A stretch of 61,128 nt of DNA from a virus. Taxonomy: Duplodnaviria; Caudoviricetes. Positions 8,352-18,517 of the stretch are shown here, piece after piece. The notes beneath the pieces were generated by a model. It saw only the letters and a program-made list of their open reading frames with translations, had not been told where the DNA came from and ran no database searches. The stretch lies in IMG/VR virus record IMGVR_UViG_3300027896_000041, positions 1 through 61,128 of that record; one strand, given 5' to 3'. Position numbers and translations under genes: made by a program. The stretch's first letter is position 1; every line of letters begins with the position of its first letter.

Positions 8352-8965
8352 AGCTTTATCGAATGTCCTTTGTGTATTTTAAAATTATCTTTATATCTCT
8401 TTGCAATATCAACACTATGAAATATTACAAGATTCTCAGCATTGTTTCTTTCTGCTGCTCGTGTAAAATTATATGAACCAGTAATAACGATATAATCATC
8501 CATCACCATAATCTTATTATGAGCAATAGCATGCTTGTGATCCATCACAACTGAAATATTATTAGTTACTAGTGCAGTAATAAACTTCATATAATTAGTA
8601 CAAAGCTTATCAATTACAACATCAACATTAACACCCCTATTATGAGCATTGATCAAAGAATCAACAATTCCTTGAGATGTCATTACATATGTTTGAATAT
8701 AAATATAATTAGTCGCTGAATTAATTTCTGATACAATATTTGACAAGCAATCTTCACCACCATAATTAGGGCTAAAGAACACTCTTGTTGTAGGAACTAT
8801 ATTAGAACAACCGGTTACCCACTCTACTCGCTCCCATTGTGTAGTTCCAGCATAACGAACTACAAAAGTATCTTTTGGTGCTGCATTTAAAGTTCTTTCA
8901 AACAAATCTCCAGCTACGACACTGCTTGCTGCAAGTAATACATAAAAAGCAAAATTAGTAAACAT
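8348..8965 (-). CDS. Phospholipase D family (Nuc-like) protein with signal peptide
   Basis: HNKIMVMD...ITGSYNFT...NAEN single HKD motif; VFFSP. Confidence 0.88.
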   Translation of the reverse strand: MFTNFAFYVLLAASSVVAGDLFERTLNAAPKDTFVVRYAGTTQWERVEWVTGCSNIVPTTRVFFSPNYGGEDCLSNIVSEINSATNYIYIQTYVMTSQGIVDSLINAHNRGVNVDVVIDKLCTNYMKFITALVTNNISVVMDHKHAIAHNKIMVMDDYIVITGSYNFTRAAERNNAENLVIFHSVDIAKRYKDNFKIHKGHSIKL

Positions 8966-8974
8966 TGAACTCCT

Positions 8975-9262
8975 TTAAAAAATTACTACACTCTCTTCAT
9001 TGTGACGTCGCAAAGCAGGAATAATTACACACTTTGCTTCTTTTGTAAATTCAACACTATTCCTGCAAATATAAATTCGATCTATCCTATATCCTCTAAG
9101 TTTATTATACCAACCATTTTCAGGTTCTATAAAAATCCATTTATCAATGGCAGTCGATATACTATTCTCTGTCCAATTGTGCAGATGATCTATTAGACCA
9201 GATATTATACGACCTCGATGATAATCTAATTTATGTTTTGCTGCAACTAATACAATTAACAT
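8975..9262 (-). CDS. Hypothetical protein
   Basis: GAGG RBS. Confidence 0.5.
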   Translation of the reverse strand: MLIVLVAAKHKLDYHRGRIISGLIDHLHNWTENSISTAIDKWIFIEPENGWYNKLRGYRIDRIYICRNSVEFTKEAKCVIIPALRRHNEESVVIF

Positions 9263-9272
9263 ATATACCTCA

Positions 9273-9620
9273 TTAATTTATATGAACTCGAACCTTATCC
9301 CAGTATCCATCTGGATCAATTCCGAGTTTATAATCTGGACCATAATGCCAACATAGAGCATAATCTTGACTCGTTGGTTCTCTATTAATTCTATCAAATC
9401 TGCAATAATGTGAAGTATATAATACACATATAATTCTTGATCTCCAAATATCAAGTCGATCTTCGAATTTAAAATATAATCCATAAATAGTATTTACATC
9501 TGTCACAACATCTGGGTGACACTGAAGAACACCAACAGCTAATCCATTATCGCCGACAGCATGAAAATCTCCACGACTCTCAACTATAGTAAGAGCATCA
9601 AGTAACTTTTTCCAGTTCAT
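9273..9620 (-). CDS. Lysozyme-like/lytic transglycosylase-fold protein
   Basis: ALTIVES.GD..AVGD.G.AVGVLQ; catalytic Glu in the ES motif; WH.GP...YW. Confidence 0.75.
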   Translation of the reverse strand: MNWKKLLDALTIVESRGDFHAVGDNGLAVGVLQCHPDVVTDVNTIYGLYFKFEDRLDIWRSRIICVLYTSHYCRFDRINREPTSQDYALCWHYGPDYKLGIDPDGYWDKVRVHIN

Positions 9621-9955
9621 GTATTTTATTTTCCTCCCATTGAACACAATTCATTATATCAATTATCATTCCACATTTAGGACATTTCGTTTTACCATTA
9701 CCTATTGAAATACCATAAGGAATTTCTTGTTTACATTCAGTACAAATCTTCTTTGGTCTAGTAACCATTAGTAATCATCCATTAAAGATTTTGTAATTGC
9801 TCTAGCTATAGCAGTTTTTACTTTCGATCGATCAGCTTTATCAAATGTTTCATGGTGATAAATATTAGAATCGACATCTTCATGTAAATGAATTCCATCG
9901 GATTCCAGTTCATCAATAATATGATCAACTAAGTTTTTCATAAATTCCTTTAAAA

Positions 9956-10032
9956 TGGTGGACCCAGTAGGACTCGAACCTACGACCCGAACATTATGAG
10001 TGTCCTGCTCTAACCAACTGAGCTATGGGTCC
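9956..10032 (-). tRNA. tRNA-Ile2(CAU), probable lysidine type
   Basis: GGACCCA/TGGGTCC acceptor, GGACA-CTCATAA-TGTTC, Ile-like body, A73-CCA. Confidence 0.9.
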
Positions 10033-10287
10033 GTAAGGATTATCCTATCAATATCTGTCTTAATCTGTGACGAATTTCTAACAATTCATTATATTCTAAG
10101 GTAAGACGCTTAACAGCTTGTTCTTTAATTTCCTTTGGCATATTGGGATCTAACTCCATATCAACTTTTGAACAGAATGTATTCGTGAGATGATCTTCAA
10201 GACCTCTGATAATTTTATCCTTGGACATCATCTTCTATATTTCTCCCATATATTAATTTATTCAATTCGATCAGGGAGATTATGAAA

Positions 10288-10363
10288 TGGTACGCCTGCA
10301 CGGACTCGAACCGTGGACCCGCAAATTAAAAGTTTGCTGCTCTACCAACTGAGCTACAGGCGC
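10288..10363 (-). tRNA. tRNA-Lys(UUU)
   Basis: GCAAA-CTTTTAA-TTTGC anticodon arm, canonical cloverleaf, CCA. Confidence 0.96.
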
Positions 10364-10391
10364 ATTGCAATTATAATATGTTCTATAATTA

Positions 10392-10425
10392 AAACAAGGG
10401 CGGTTAGAAATGAATCTAACCGCCC
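10392..10425 (-). terminator. Rho-independent terminator
   Basis: 11-bp GGGCGGTTAGA/TCTAACCGCCC stem followed by TTGTTTT. Confidence 0.8.
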
Positions 10426-10441
10426 AAGTTCAATTTACTTA

Positions 10442-10807
10442 TTATGCATCAAGCAGTGCTTGAAGTTCTTCAGCTGACTTACCTTCAAGATCCGCATTCT
10501 GTTTCTTCTCAATGATCTCAAGAATTCTCTCATTCCTCTTCTTCTTGTCGATCTTTTTCTTAGCCTCAGTAGCTTCTTCACGTTTAACGTCAAACACGTG
10601 CTTGACGATATCCATTTTAAGCGTAAGAGTCTTATCTTCCCTTGAATTGATCAGACTCCCGATATCTGAATCCTTCTTGCCTTTTGCAAGACCGACATAT
10701 ATATCATTCAGATCCTTCTCAGAAAGATCAAAAAGATCTTCAGCAGTAATCTGACCACGACACGAGAACCTGATTTTTTCCCTAGCTGCCTGTTCGAATT
10801 TGTCCAT
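10442..10807 (-). CDS. Coiled-coil phage protein
   Basis: MDKFEQAAREKIRF..RGQITAEDLFDL; strong RBS; followed by a terminator. Confidence 0.7.
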   Translation of the reverse strand: MDKFEQAAREKIRFSCRGQITAEDLFDLSEKDLNDIYVGLAKGKKDSDIGSLINSREDKTLTLKMDIVKHVFDVKREEATEAKKKIDKKKRNERILEIIEKKQNADLEGKSAEELQALLDA

Positions 10808-10832
10808 AACTTTTTCCTTTAACTTTCTTTGT

Positions 10833-12875
10833 TTATATCATTACTTTCATTAGTCTTGCTGTATGTCCATGCACCTTAACCATAATAGAATCCCTCTTAG
10901 TAACACTAAATCCAAGACCTGTCAATTGAGTGTTAGAAGGTTCTACTGTCATTTTGTCTCCAAGTGCTGCAAATACTCGTTTATGTTCTTCGAGTTCAGG
11001 CAGGAGGAATTCATTAAAGAATCCGCTTGGACATTCATCATTTACACAATTTTTCAAAATAAACATATAATGTTTATTACCAATTTTCTTATCATCCCAG
11101 AAATTGGGAGATAGCAAACACATGGATACAGGATGAAGAGTATTAGTTTTCAAACCACAAACATCAAGTGTTGTAGCAGAGCCACTCTTATCTGAATTTA
11201 CTAGTTCGAATCCTTTTGCTTTGCTATACTTCACATTTGCGACTGGTATTTTTCTACCAGAAGGATTGCTGATGTCAAAATCATGGATTACTCCATCGAA
11301 CTCGATTTGAGCTCTGAACCCATTCTTTCCACCTCTATTAGAATATACATCAACAAAGAATTCATAAGTGCCTTCACGCATCTTACTAGTACTTGTATAA
11401 ATTATATTTTCAACTGCAATCTTTTGATCAGGATGAATAATATCAACATCTAATGAACCACTAGATGCATGACCAGTCTTATTTCCAAAAAAGATTTCAT
11501 CATAATGATCAGGTTCTATGCAATGAGCATCATAATCATTCTCATTATCTTTATTCTCATTCCATTGGATTGAAAATCTCAATACACCTGATACATTACC
11601 ACCAGCTTCTTTAACTCTCTCTTTCATCGAGTCAGTAATATTACCAACATATGCCCAAGAGAAATTATTACCCCATTTGAACAATGTCTTGCTGTCTGAA
11701 TGAACTGGAGCAATCAATGAAACGATATTACTCCTATGTCTATTCTCCAAAAGCAATTCAACCTTAGTAGCCGTAGGTAATACATCTGATATGAACTTAT
11801 CAATATGTATTTCGGTAGCTCTATCAAAAGATTTAGAATTAATCTTAATATCCTTTGAGAGCTCATCAAATATATCTTCATTCTTCATGCGCTTAGAAGA
11901 ATCACGATCAGCAAACAATACATTGTTAACCGTAATATCATCTATGGTTGCAAACCTTCTCCTCAATGAATTGGTAAGTCCGAGACGTTCCACTTCATCT
12001 TTAGCATCCTGCAACATCTTCTTTGTAAAGATTGGTTTAGGACGTTTGTAATTGGTCGGTGCAACAATAGCTTCATATTTCTTCACAGCATCATCAAGAG
12101 GTATAGTTCCTTCACTAATATCAATAAGCAATACACCAATAGAATGGTTTCTTATCTTACTGAGTACAGGTCCATGTTTCTTTGATGCTATCCAGCAATA
12201 ATTATCACGAAGTTTAGTAGGGAGTTTATTAAACTCCTTCTTTACCAATACCAACTTCTGGAGTGTATTCAACCACTCGACACCCTTGTATATTGAATCC
12301 TGTTTAATGAGTTCAATTACGGTGGATAATGCATCATCACTAATAGTTTCAAGAGATCTCTTTAGAACATTCTTCATGTCCCTCTGAGCCGCCATAAGAC
12401 TTTCATTAGATTCCTTTGATGCATTCTGAAATGCTTTTGGAATCTTTGTAAAGAAATGTTGCCACTTGGTAACAGTTCCATCTTTTTTATCTTGACCCAT
12501 ATTAAAATCAACACCAATCTCTTTAAGAGTGGTACTGAAAATATCCGATACTACTTTAGAAGCAATAAAGTTCTTGAGTGCTGTGAATACTGTCTTATAT
12601 GTTTCGTCGTCGGTCTCAAAATCCCATATGCTCCTCACAGTACTGTCATTGTTGATAGCAACAACATTACCGAATTGACGAACAAATTGCTTGCAATGCT
12701 GACAATCATGTTCTCTTCTTTCTTTATAAATTCCATTAGTTCCCGCTGGAAAACTATCAAGATATAAATTCCAAAGAACATCCTTATCGACTTCTACAAC
12801 ATACAATCTTTCATTCTGAGAAAACATCTCATCAATATTTTTAGATAGTGCTGTTTTGACTTGATTAAAAGTCAT
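10833..12875 (-). CDS. 680-aa phage protein with an internal YfaP/DUF2135-like beta domain
   Basis: HDCQHC motif; LRFSIQW...NDYDAHCIEP...LDVD...VENIIY; function unknown. Confidence 0.65.
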   Translation of the reverse strand: MTFNQVKTALSKNIDEMFSQNERLYVVEVDKDVLWNLYLDSFPAGTNGIYKERREHDCQHCKQFVRQFGNVVAINNDSTVRSIWDFETDDETYKTVFTALKNFIASKVVSDIFSTTLKEIGVDFNMGQDKKDGTVTKWQHFFTKIPKAFQNASKESNESLMAAQRDMKNVLKRSLETISDDALSTVIELIKQDSIYKGVEWLNTLQKLVLVKKEFNKLPTKLRDNYCWIASKKHGPVLSKIRNHSIGVLLIDISEGTIPLDDAVKKYEAIVAPTNYKRPKPIFTKKMLQDAKDEVERLGLTNSLRRRFATIDDITVNNVLFADRDSSKRMKNEDIFDELSKDIKINSKSFDRATEIHIDKFISDVLPTATKVELLLENRHRSNIVSLIAPVHSDSKTLFKWGNNFSWAYVGNITDSMKERVKEAGGNVSGVLRFSIQWNENKDNENDYDAHCIEPDHYDEIFFGNKTGHASSGSLDVDIIHPDQKIAVENIIYTSTSKMREGTYEFFVDVYSNRGGKNGFRAQIEFDGVIHDFDISNPSGRKIPVANVKYSKAKGFELVNSDKSGSATTLDVCGLKTNTLHPVSMCLLSPNFWDDKKIGNKHYMFILKNCVNDECPSGFFNEFLLPELEEHKRVFAALGDKMTVEPSNTQLTGLGFSVTKRDSIMVKVHGHTARLMKVMI

Positions 12876-12886
12876 CTAAACTCCTT

Positions 12887-13201
12887 TTACTTATACAACT
12901 TTAAAAAGTTAAAAAACTTCGGCCATTCATGTCTAGGTACAAAAACAATTGTTGTTTCTGCTCCATCCAAAGAACTTTCCGTCATAATTTTATGCTTGCA
13001 ATCAACAAAGGTTTTTGCTTTTTGAAATTCTGCGTCTGTGACTTTACAAATTACTTTTTTAAATGATTTAAATTCCCAATCCATCATTTCATGATCAGAT
13101 CTAAATGTACAATAACAAGACACCGATGCATGAGCTGCAGCAAGAATAGCATGACCAACTGGTAAGCTATCCTTAATTAGGATATACATTTTAAGTGCCA
13201 T
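12887..13201 (-). CDS. Peptidyl-tRNA hydrolase, PTH2-like
   Basis: KMYILIKDSLPVGHAILAAAHAS...W...FKKVICKV...T.IVF.P...LKLY. Confidence 0.75.
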   Translation of the reverse strand: MALKMYILIKDSLPVGHAILAAAHASVSCYCTFRSDHEMMDWEFKSFKKVICKVTDAEFQKAKTFVDCKHKIMTESSLDGAETTIVFVPRHEWPKFFNFLKLYK

Positions 13202-13214
13202 AGTTGCTCTCTTT

Positions 13215-13403
13215 TCAATAACTAGTTTTAAATCCAGAACATCTACCTTCTTCATTTATTTCTGCTCGAGATGGAACAATACATTTCTTATTTTTATTAA
13301 ATAAACAAGATGTAGCATTACAATCTATGTCTTTCCAGTCTCGACTCAAATTAGGAAAACCATCATTATGAGGCATTAACCCATGTAATTTTTCATCACT
13401 CAT
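13215..13403 (-). CDS. Small Cys-rich hypothetical protein
   Basis: C.ATSC.FN...C motif; start revised so it does not overlap the tRNA. Confidence 0.5.
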   Translation of the reverse strand: MSDEKLHGLMPHNDGFPNLSRDWKDIDCNATSCLFNKNKKCIVPSRAEINEEGRCSGFKTSY

Positions 13404-13421
13404 AAATTCCTTTCTGCGAAA

Positions 13422-13679
13422 TGGAGCCAACGGTCGGGATCGAACCGACGACCTGCTGATTCAGATTTGTGTTAGTTTCCTAACTCTCTGGACTTTGTCT
13501 TCACCATTTTACAGGTGGGTCGTGTAAAGTCTCTACACTTGCCCGGATATTTCTATCCTGCTAGCTCGGCGTTACCATTTAAAAGGTTTCACCGACTTAG
13601 CGACCTCCACTTTAAATGTTTCCACTTAAAGGTGCCTATTCTGACAAATCAGCTGCTCTACCAGCTGAGCTACATTGGC
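13422..13679 (-). tRNA. tRNA-Thr(UGU) split by a group I intron (exons 13679-13644, 13461-13422)
   Basis: Joined exons give a 76-nt cloverleaf with GCTGA-TTTGTAA-TCAGC and U73-CCA. Confidence 0.93.
13462..13643 (-). mobile_element. Compact group I intron (182 nt, no ORF) after anticodon position 36
   Basis: P1 TGT|C/GGCA with U.G, P2 GAAA hairpin, P3 GGTCG/CGACC, P7 GACTTT/AAAGTC, P8 CACC/GGTG, P9 GTTAG-GAAA-CTAAC, terminal G. Confidence 0.9.
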
Positions 13680-13707
13680 ACTCCACTATATTTTACCTTA
13701 ATTTATT

Positions 13708-14478
13708 CTAGTTATTTTTGTAACTATCTTTTATTGGTACAGGAATATCTCGAAAACCTTTTATAACTGCTTTAACATGACTAGGAAGAGAATCAAATCT
13801 TTTCTTCGTCATATCATCAGCAACTTTGTAATTGTGATCCTTACACTTATCCCAATCACCATAAGTATTCAATTGTAAATATTGTGGTACTGGCCACTCG
13901 ACGAATTTACCACTCATATCACATTTGATAATTTCGTGTTTAATTCCTTCTCGAGCATCCCAATTACCCACCCAAACCCATTCGGATCTTGGGAGATCTT
14001 CTCTTGCACCATACCAACACCCGCTATGATGGAAACTTTGCTTATAATAATCTTCTGTAGAAACTGGTTTATATGCAAAATACCATTTACTTGAATTAAG
14101 ATCTATTATATTATATGTTTCTATAGAAGCAAGAATATACTTCTTAGGATGCCACATAATATAATAAGTTTCGATTATCTGTTTTTCATTGGGATTATGT
14201 CTGGTTGTGAAAGGTTCTGTATAAACAATTTCAAAACCAATTTCTTTCATAACTTTAAGATAATCAGCAATACCAGAACCAAAATGAATATCACCTTGTT
14301 CTTGCATCATTTGTTTCTTTTGAGCATTGAGCATCATCTGAATACCAAAACCAAGACCGCCAGTTTCTTCATCATCCTTATAACTTTTACCAGTCATCTT
14401 TTCTGCAAGATCCAAAGTATCAATATGTAAAGCTTTTTCTGTCTTTTCAAAATCCTCTACTGTCTTACTAACGTCCAT
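13708..14478 (-). CDS. Hypothetical protein
   Basis: 256-aa ORF, AGGAG RBS. Confidence 0.7.
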   Translation of the reverse strand: MDVSKTVEDFEKTEKALHIDTLDLAEKMTGKSYKDDEETGGLGFGIQMMLNAQKKQMMQEQGDIHFGSGIADYLKVMKEIGFEIVYTEPFTTRHNPNEKQIIETYYIMWHPKKYILASIETYNIIDLNSSKWYFAYKPVSTEDYYKQSFHHSGCWYGAREDLPRSEWVWVGNWDAREGIKHEIIKCDMSGKFVEWPVPQYLQLNTYGDWDKCKDHNYKVADDMTKKRFDSLPSHVKAVIKGFRDIPVPIKDSYKNN

Positions 14479-14495
14479 AAAACTCCTTTTAAATC

Positions 14496-14572
14496 TGGTG
14501 GGCGAGGTCCGGCTCGAACGGACGACCTACTGGTTATCAGCCAATCGCTCTAACCAACTGAGCTACACGCCC
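14496..14572 (-). tRNA. tRNA-Ile(GAU)
   Basis: ATTGG-CTGATAA-CCAGT, CCA; one U.U mismatch in the acceptor stem. Confidence 0.93.
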
Positions 14573-14579
14573 TAAAAAA

Positions 14580-14939
14580 CTAATTCTGACTTCTGTAATT
14601 ACCATTACTATAATCTTCTAATGCTTCCATAATAGGAACATAGAATCTATCTTCTTCTGTTTCTAGTAATGTTATACCTTTTTCTTTCAATTTAGCTTCA
14701 ATATGTTTCATGACATCCAAAGCAATCGTTTGAATATCTTCCATATATATTTTAATCGAAGCAACTTTATTGTCTATCTCTTCTTTTGTTCCAGTTAAAA
14801 TGTGTAACGAGTATTTACAATCAGGACATTCAGGTTTTATACCAACTCCTGTTGCATCCATCGTCCATCCACAACGAGGGCAAAAGAACATATGTAATTG
14901 AGGTCCTGACAGACTTTGAGTGGGCAATTCTGCATCCAT
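14580..14939 (-). CDS. Zn-ribbon hypothetical protein
   Basis: CPRC...CPDC. Confidence 0.6.
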   Translation of the reverse strand: MDAELPTQSLSGPQLHMFFCPRCGWTMDATGVGIKPECPDCKYSLHILTGTKEEIDNKVASIKIYMEDIQTIALDVMKHIEAKLKEKGITLLETEEDRFYVPIMEALEDYSNGNYRSQN

Positions 14940-14951
14940 AATAATCCTTTC

Positions 14952-15269
14952 TCATATCTTCATCATCCACAATCCAGCTAAAACAGTTACAACGCCAACC
15001 CAATTTATTAATCTAAATGATTCTGCACATCCAAGATAAACGAAAGCAGCAACATATGCAATATCCAAAACCATATCAAATAATACATTATCAAAAATTA
15101 TATTATCTGATCTCTTTGAAACTACAGTCCATAAATAAATACCAACATTACCGGTAATCATTATCATCCAAAAATACAACGTCTTCCCGGTATCATTATA
15201 ATTCTTGGAGAAATACGCAGCAATACACGAGGAAATTATTAATGCTGTTATCCAATACAATCTAAACAT
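14952..15269 (-). CDS. Small 4-TM membrane protein (SMR/EamA-like)
   Basis: Four hydrophobic segments, ends WVGVVTVLAGLWMMK; start revised to MFRLY. Confidence 0.6.
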   Translation of the reverse strand: MFRLYWITALIISSCIAAYFSKNYNDTGKTLYFWMIMITGNVGIYLWTVVSKRSDNIIFDNVLFDMVLDIAYVAAFVYLGCAESFRLINWVGVVTVLAGLWMMKI

Positions 15270-15290
15270 AAAATACCTCTTTCTAAAATC

Positions 15291-15366
15291 TGGTGGTAAG
15301 GGAGAGATTTGAACCAATATCTCTGGATTTTCAGTCCAGCACATATACCATATATGTTACACTTCC
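15291..15366 (-). pseudogene. Chimeric tRNA-Phe(GAA) pseudogene
   Basis: D and anticodon arms (CTGGA-CTGAAAA-TCCAG) intact, but T-stem ATTGG/CTCTC and acceptor GGAAGTG/CCTTACC mispair. Confidence 0.75.
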
Positions 15367-15418
15367 GATTTGAACTCGCTACCAACATCGTTTATAATTT
15401 ATTCCGAATAAATTATAT

Positions 15419-16147
15419 ATGAAACTTTGTGAAAAATGTAATAAAGAGCATGATGGTTCTTTTGGGTCTGGTAGATTTTGTTCTAGATCTTGTGCTAATA
15501 AGCAAACACATTCTCAAGAAACTAAAGACAAAATTGCTAAATCATGTACAGGAAAACCATCATGGAATAAAGGCACATCGTATGAAATTAAAAATAACCA
15601 TACTAGAACACCTTCTATCATAAAATCTATAATATGTCCAATATGTCAAAAAGAATTTTCAGTAAGAATTAACAAATGGGAAACTACACAAAGAATATTT
15701 TGTTCAAGAGAGTGCTATATCTATGATATTAAAAATGGTCATAAATATACAACTAAAGTTCCTGGCGGTTATAGGAAAGGATCATGCAAATCATATGGCG
15801 GATACTATAAAGATATATGGTGTGATAGCACATATGAATTAGTATGGATTATATACAATATTGATCACAATATCCCATTTGAAAGAAATGATATCGGTTT
15901 CCCATATAAAACCCCAGATGGAAAAGATCATTTATATTATCCAGATTTTATCCAAGATGAAGAATATATTGAAGTTAAAAACTATTTAAAAGAAAATGAT
16001 CAATATAAATTTTCTTTTTTTCCTCATAAATTAAAAATTCTTTTTGGAAATGATTTAAAAATACAATTTGATTATGTTTATTCAACATACGGGAAAAATC
16101 TAAAATCTCTTTATACTAAGAAATATGGCGGGGATACAGGGAATTGA
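15419..16147 (+). CDS. Antisense free-standing endonuclease (Zn fingers, NUMOD3-like motifs, TnsA-like PD-(D/E)xK domain)
   Basis: FCSRSC, HSQETKDKI, PSWNKG, CDSTYEL..IIYN...YYPDFI...IEVK; stop lies inside antisense tRNA-Asp. Confidence 0.78.
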   Translation: MKLCEKCNKEHDGSFGSGRFCSRSCANKQTHSQETKDKIAKSCTGKPSWNKGTSYEIKNNHTRTPSIIKSIICPICQKEFSVRINKWETTQRIFCSRECYIYDIKNGHKYTTKVPGGYRKGSCKSYGGYYKDIWCDSTYELVWIIYNIDHNIPFERNDIGFPYKTPDGKDHLYYPDFIQDEEYIEVKNYLKENDQYKFSFFPHKLKILFGNDLKIQFDYVYSTYGKNLKSLYTKKYGGDTGN

Positions 16148-16199
16148 ACCCTGGACCTAAGCGTGACAAGCTCATATTTTACCACTAAACTATATCCCC
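16126..16199 (-). tRNA. tRNA-Asp(GUC)
   Basis: GGGGATA/TATCCCC, TGAGC-TTGTCAC-GCTTA, G73-CCA. Confidence 0.95.
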
Positions 16200-16219
16200 A
16201 TTTACCATTATTTATTCAA

Positions 16220-17275
16220 CTAAAATTTCGCATTGATCTTAATGAACTGAATTCCGTATTCGCAGATTCCAAATTCATCATTTAAACAATCTTCTAGCAT
16301 CTTACCTGCAGTAATCAATGCTATAGATTTAATATGATAAACTTGACTTCTTCCCCACATCTTTCGAGCATGCTTAATATGACATTCAACATGATCACAA
16401 TAACCAGTTCGACATTCGGAACAATTTTCTTTACCATCATGACCATACTGGTAATTATCACCATGTTTAGAACACCAATGCCATTCATAATTTTCAACTG
16501 CCTGCAATTCGGCAATCCTATATTCAAACTCCCCATCTTTCTTACCAAGTGTCTCGAGTATATAGATCCCATTGTCAGCTGACATAACTAAACTCCTTTA
16601 CTGCGGTTTCTCTTCGTTCGCTTCCAACATTATTGTTTCATCAGTACAAACAATTGAACATCGTTCCTGCTTAAAATTATCCATTAAAATTTTAGCAAGT
16701 TCAGTAGCTTTATTTTTGATCTCTTCTCGACCCGAAGGGAAACGAGGATAATTAATCAACCCAACGATGGCACCTTCCTCAGCACCATCAACATAAATAA
16801 ATCTGGTTGGTGTAACAGTTACACCCAACTTAATCTCATTGCAATATTTTTGACAGATAGTATATAGCTCATACATACTATGACACTGCCCATTATAACC
16901 TTCTTGTAACCCTATGTAAATATCAGCTTTAAACGTTGGTAACACTTTCATTAAATTCCTTTAATGCTTCTGCTTTATGTGCGCATATATTTCTTCGAAG
17001 GAAATATCCTCTCTATATTCATCTGCAAACACTTTTGCTAATCCTTTTTCAATCCATTCAAAATAAGCTTCATTCCAAGTCATTTTCTTTTCTGACTTTT
17101 CATTAATCTCATATCTATATTTTTCAACACATTTAGCTTGAATAAGAAATCTTATTCCTTTTCCAGAAGCAATGATAATCTCAACTAACGTACAATATGG
17201 ATCGAAACAATCTTTACAATGACAATCTTTGGTGATTGAACGAAGTACTTCTCTTACTTTTTCTTCTTCTGTCAT
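16220..17275 (-). CDS. Three hypothetical genes (16220-16585, 16598-16951, 16961-17275)
   Basis: ORFs with AGGA/GGAG RBSs. Confidence 0.6.
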
Positions 17276-17381
17276 ACTCCCTCCATATATAATTTATTCG
17301 ATATGGAATTGCAGAAACAAAAGTTTTGGAATGGGTGGTTTAGAAATATATACTTTTGTAGGAAGAATGATTATGCGAAAA

Positions 17382-17460
17382 TGGTCGGGGAAAGAGGAGT
17401 TGAACCTCCGACCCTTTGCTCCCAAAGCAAATGCTCTAAACCAGGCTGAGCTATTCCCCG
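17382..17460 (-). tRNA. tRNA-Pro(UGG)
   Basis: CGGGGAA/TTCCCCG, TTTGC-TTTGGGA-GCAAA, CCA. Confidence 0.95.
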
Positions 17461-17581
17461 ATAAATTTTACATCTTTAATTTATTCATTTTGTATATAAA
17501 AGAATCTTGATTTATAGGTTGTTGAAACTCGAACCTAAGTTAGGTTGATTTATAATATGAATAAATTAAAAGGATTATACT

Positions 17582-18517
17582 ATGACGCACAAATATGATA
17601 TTAAATGGAAAGAAAAGATTTCTAAAAATGTAAAAGAATCAGATTATTTTAAAAATCTAAAAAATATATCCAATCAAAAAATAGAATCATATCAATTATC
17701 TCCAAAATTATGTTTATATTGTAATCAACCAATTCCATATGAAAAACGATTTAATAAATTTTGCAGTTGCGTATGTTCTGGTTTTGCAACTACTAAAGGA
17801 AGACATCATTCTATAGAAACAAAATTAAAAATTTCTAATTCGAATCAAGGAATATCTCCATGGAATAAAGGTAAATATGAAATTCCTAGAGTAGCAAAAA
17901 CATGTCCAATATGTGCAACTAAATTTATTACTAGTACTAATGGTATTTTCTGTTCTAAAAAATGTTTTACATTTGATCAGAAAAACGGTTATATATTTTC
18001 TAAATTGGGTAACAAAGGTGGATATCAACCAGGTTCTGGTAGAGGTAAATCTGGGTGGTATCAAAATATATTTTGTAACAGTACGTATGAATTAGCTTGG
18101 GTAATTTATAATCTAGAACACAACATTCAATTTGAAAGAAATCAACAGGGATTTACTTATACATTTGAAAATAAAGTATATAAATATTATCCCGACTTCA
18201 TTCAAGGTGAGGAGTATATTGAGATCAAAGGTTTTCTTCGTCCTAATGATAAATTTAAATTTGAGCAATTTCCAAGAAAACTAAAAATATTATATGGAAA
18301 AGATATAAAAGAGCAAATCGATTATTGTAAACATAAATATGGTTATCATTTTGAAGAATTATATGAAGGTAATCCGCATAATACAAAATTAAATAAATGC
18401 ATAATTTGTGGTAATCCAGCTCATAACAAATGCTGTTCTCAAAAATGCTCTGGTATGTTAGTGGTAAAATCAAAAATGGCGCTTCCTACGGGAGTTGAAC
18501 CCATCTCACTGGATTGA
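17582..18517 (+). CDS. Antisense free-standing endonuclease, paralog of 15419-16147
   Basis: HSIETKLKI, SPWNKG, CNSTYELAWVIYN...YYPDFI...IEIKG; C-terminus encoded antisense to tRNA-Glu. Confidence 0.78.
   Translation: MTHKYDIKWKEKISKNVKESDYFKNLKNISNQKIESYQLSPKLCLYCNQPIPYEKRFNKFCSCVCSGFATTKGRHHSIETKLKISNSNQGISPWNKGKYEIPRVAKTCPICATKFITSTNGIFCSKKCFTFDQKNGYIFSKLGNKGGYQPGSGRGKSGWYQNIFCNSTYELAWVIYNLEHNIQFERNQQGFTYTFENKVYKYYPDFIQGEEYIEIKGFLRPNDKFKFEQFPRKLKILYGKDIKEQIDYCKHKYGYHFEELYEGNPHNTKLNKCIICGNPAHNKCCSQKCSGMLVVKSKMALPTGVEPISLD

Noticed and set aside
13515-13766. 83-aa ORF as an intron-encoded protein
   Set aside because: It is antisense to the intron and tRNA, crosses the exon boundary and has no nuclease motif
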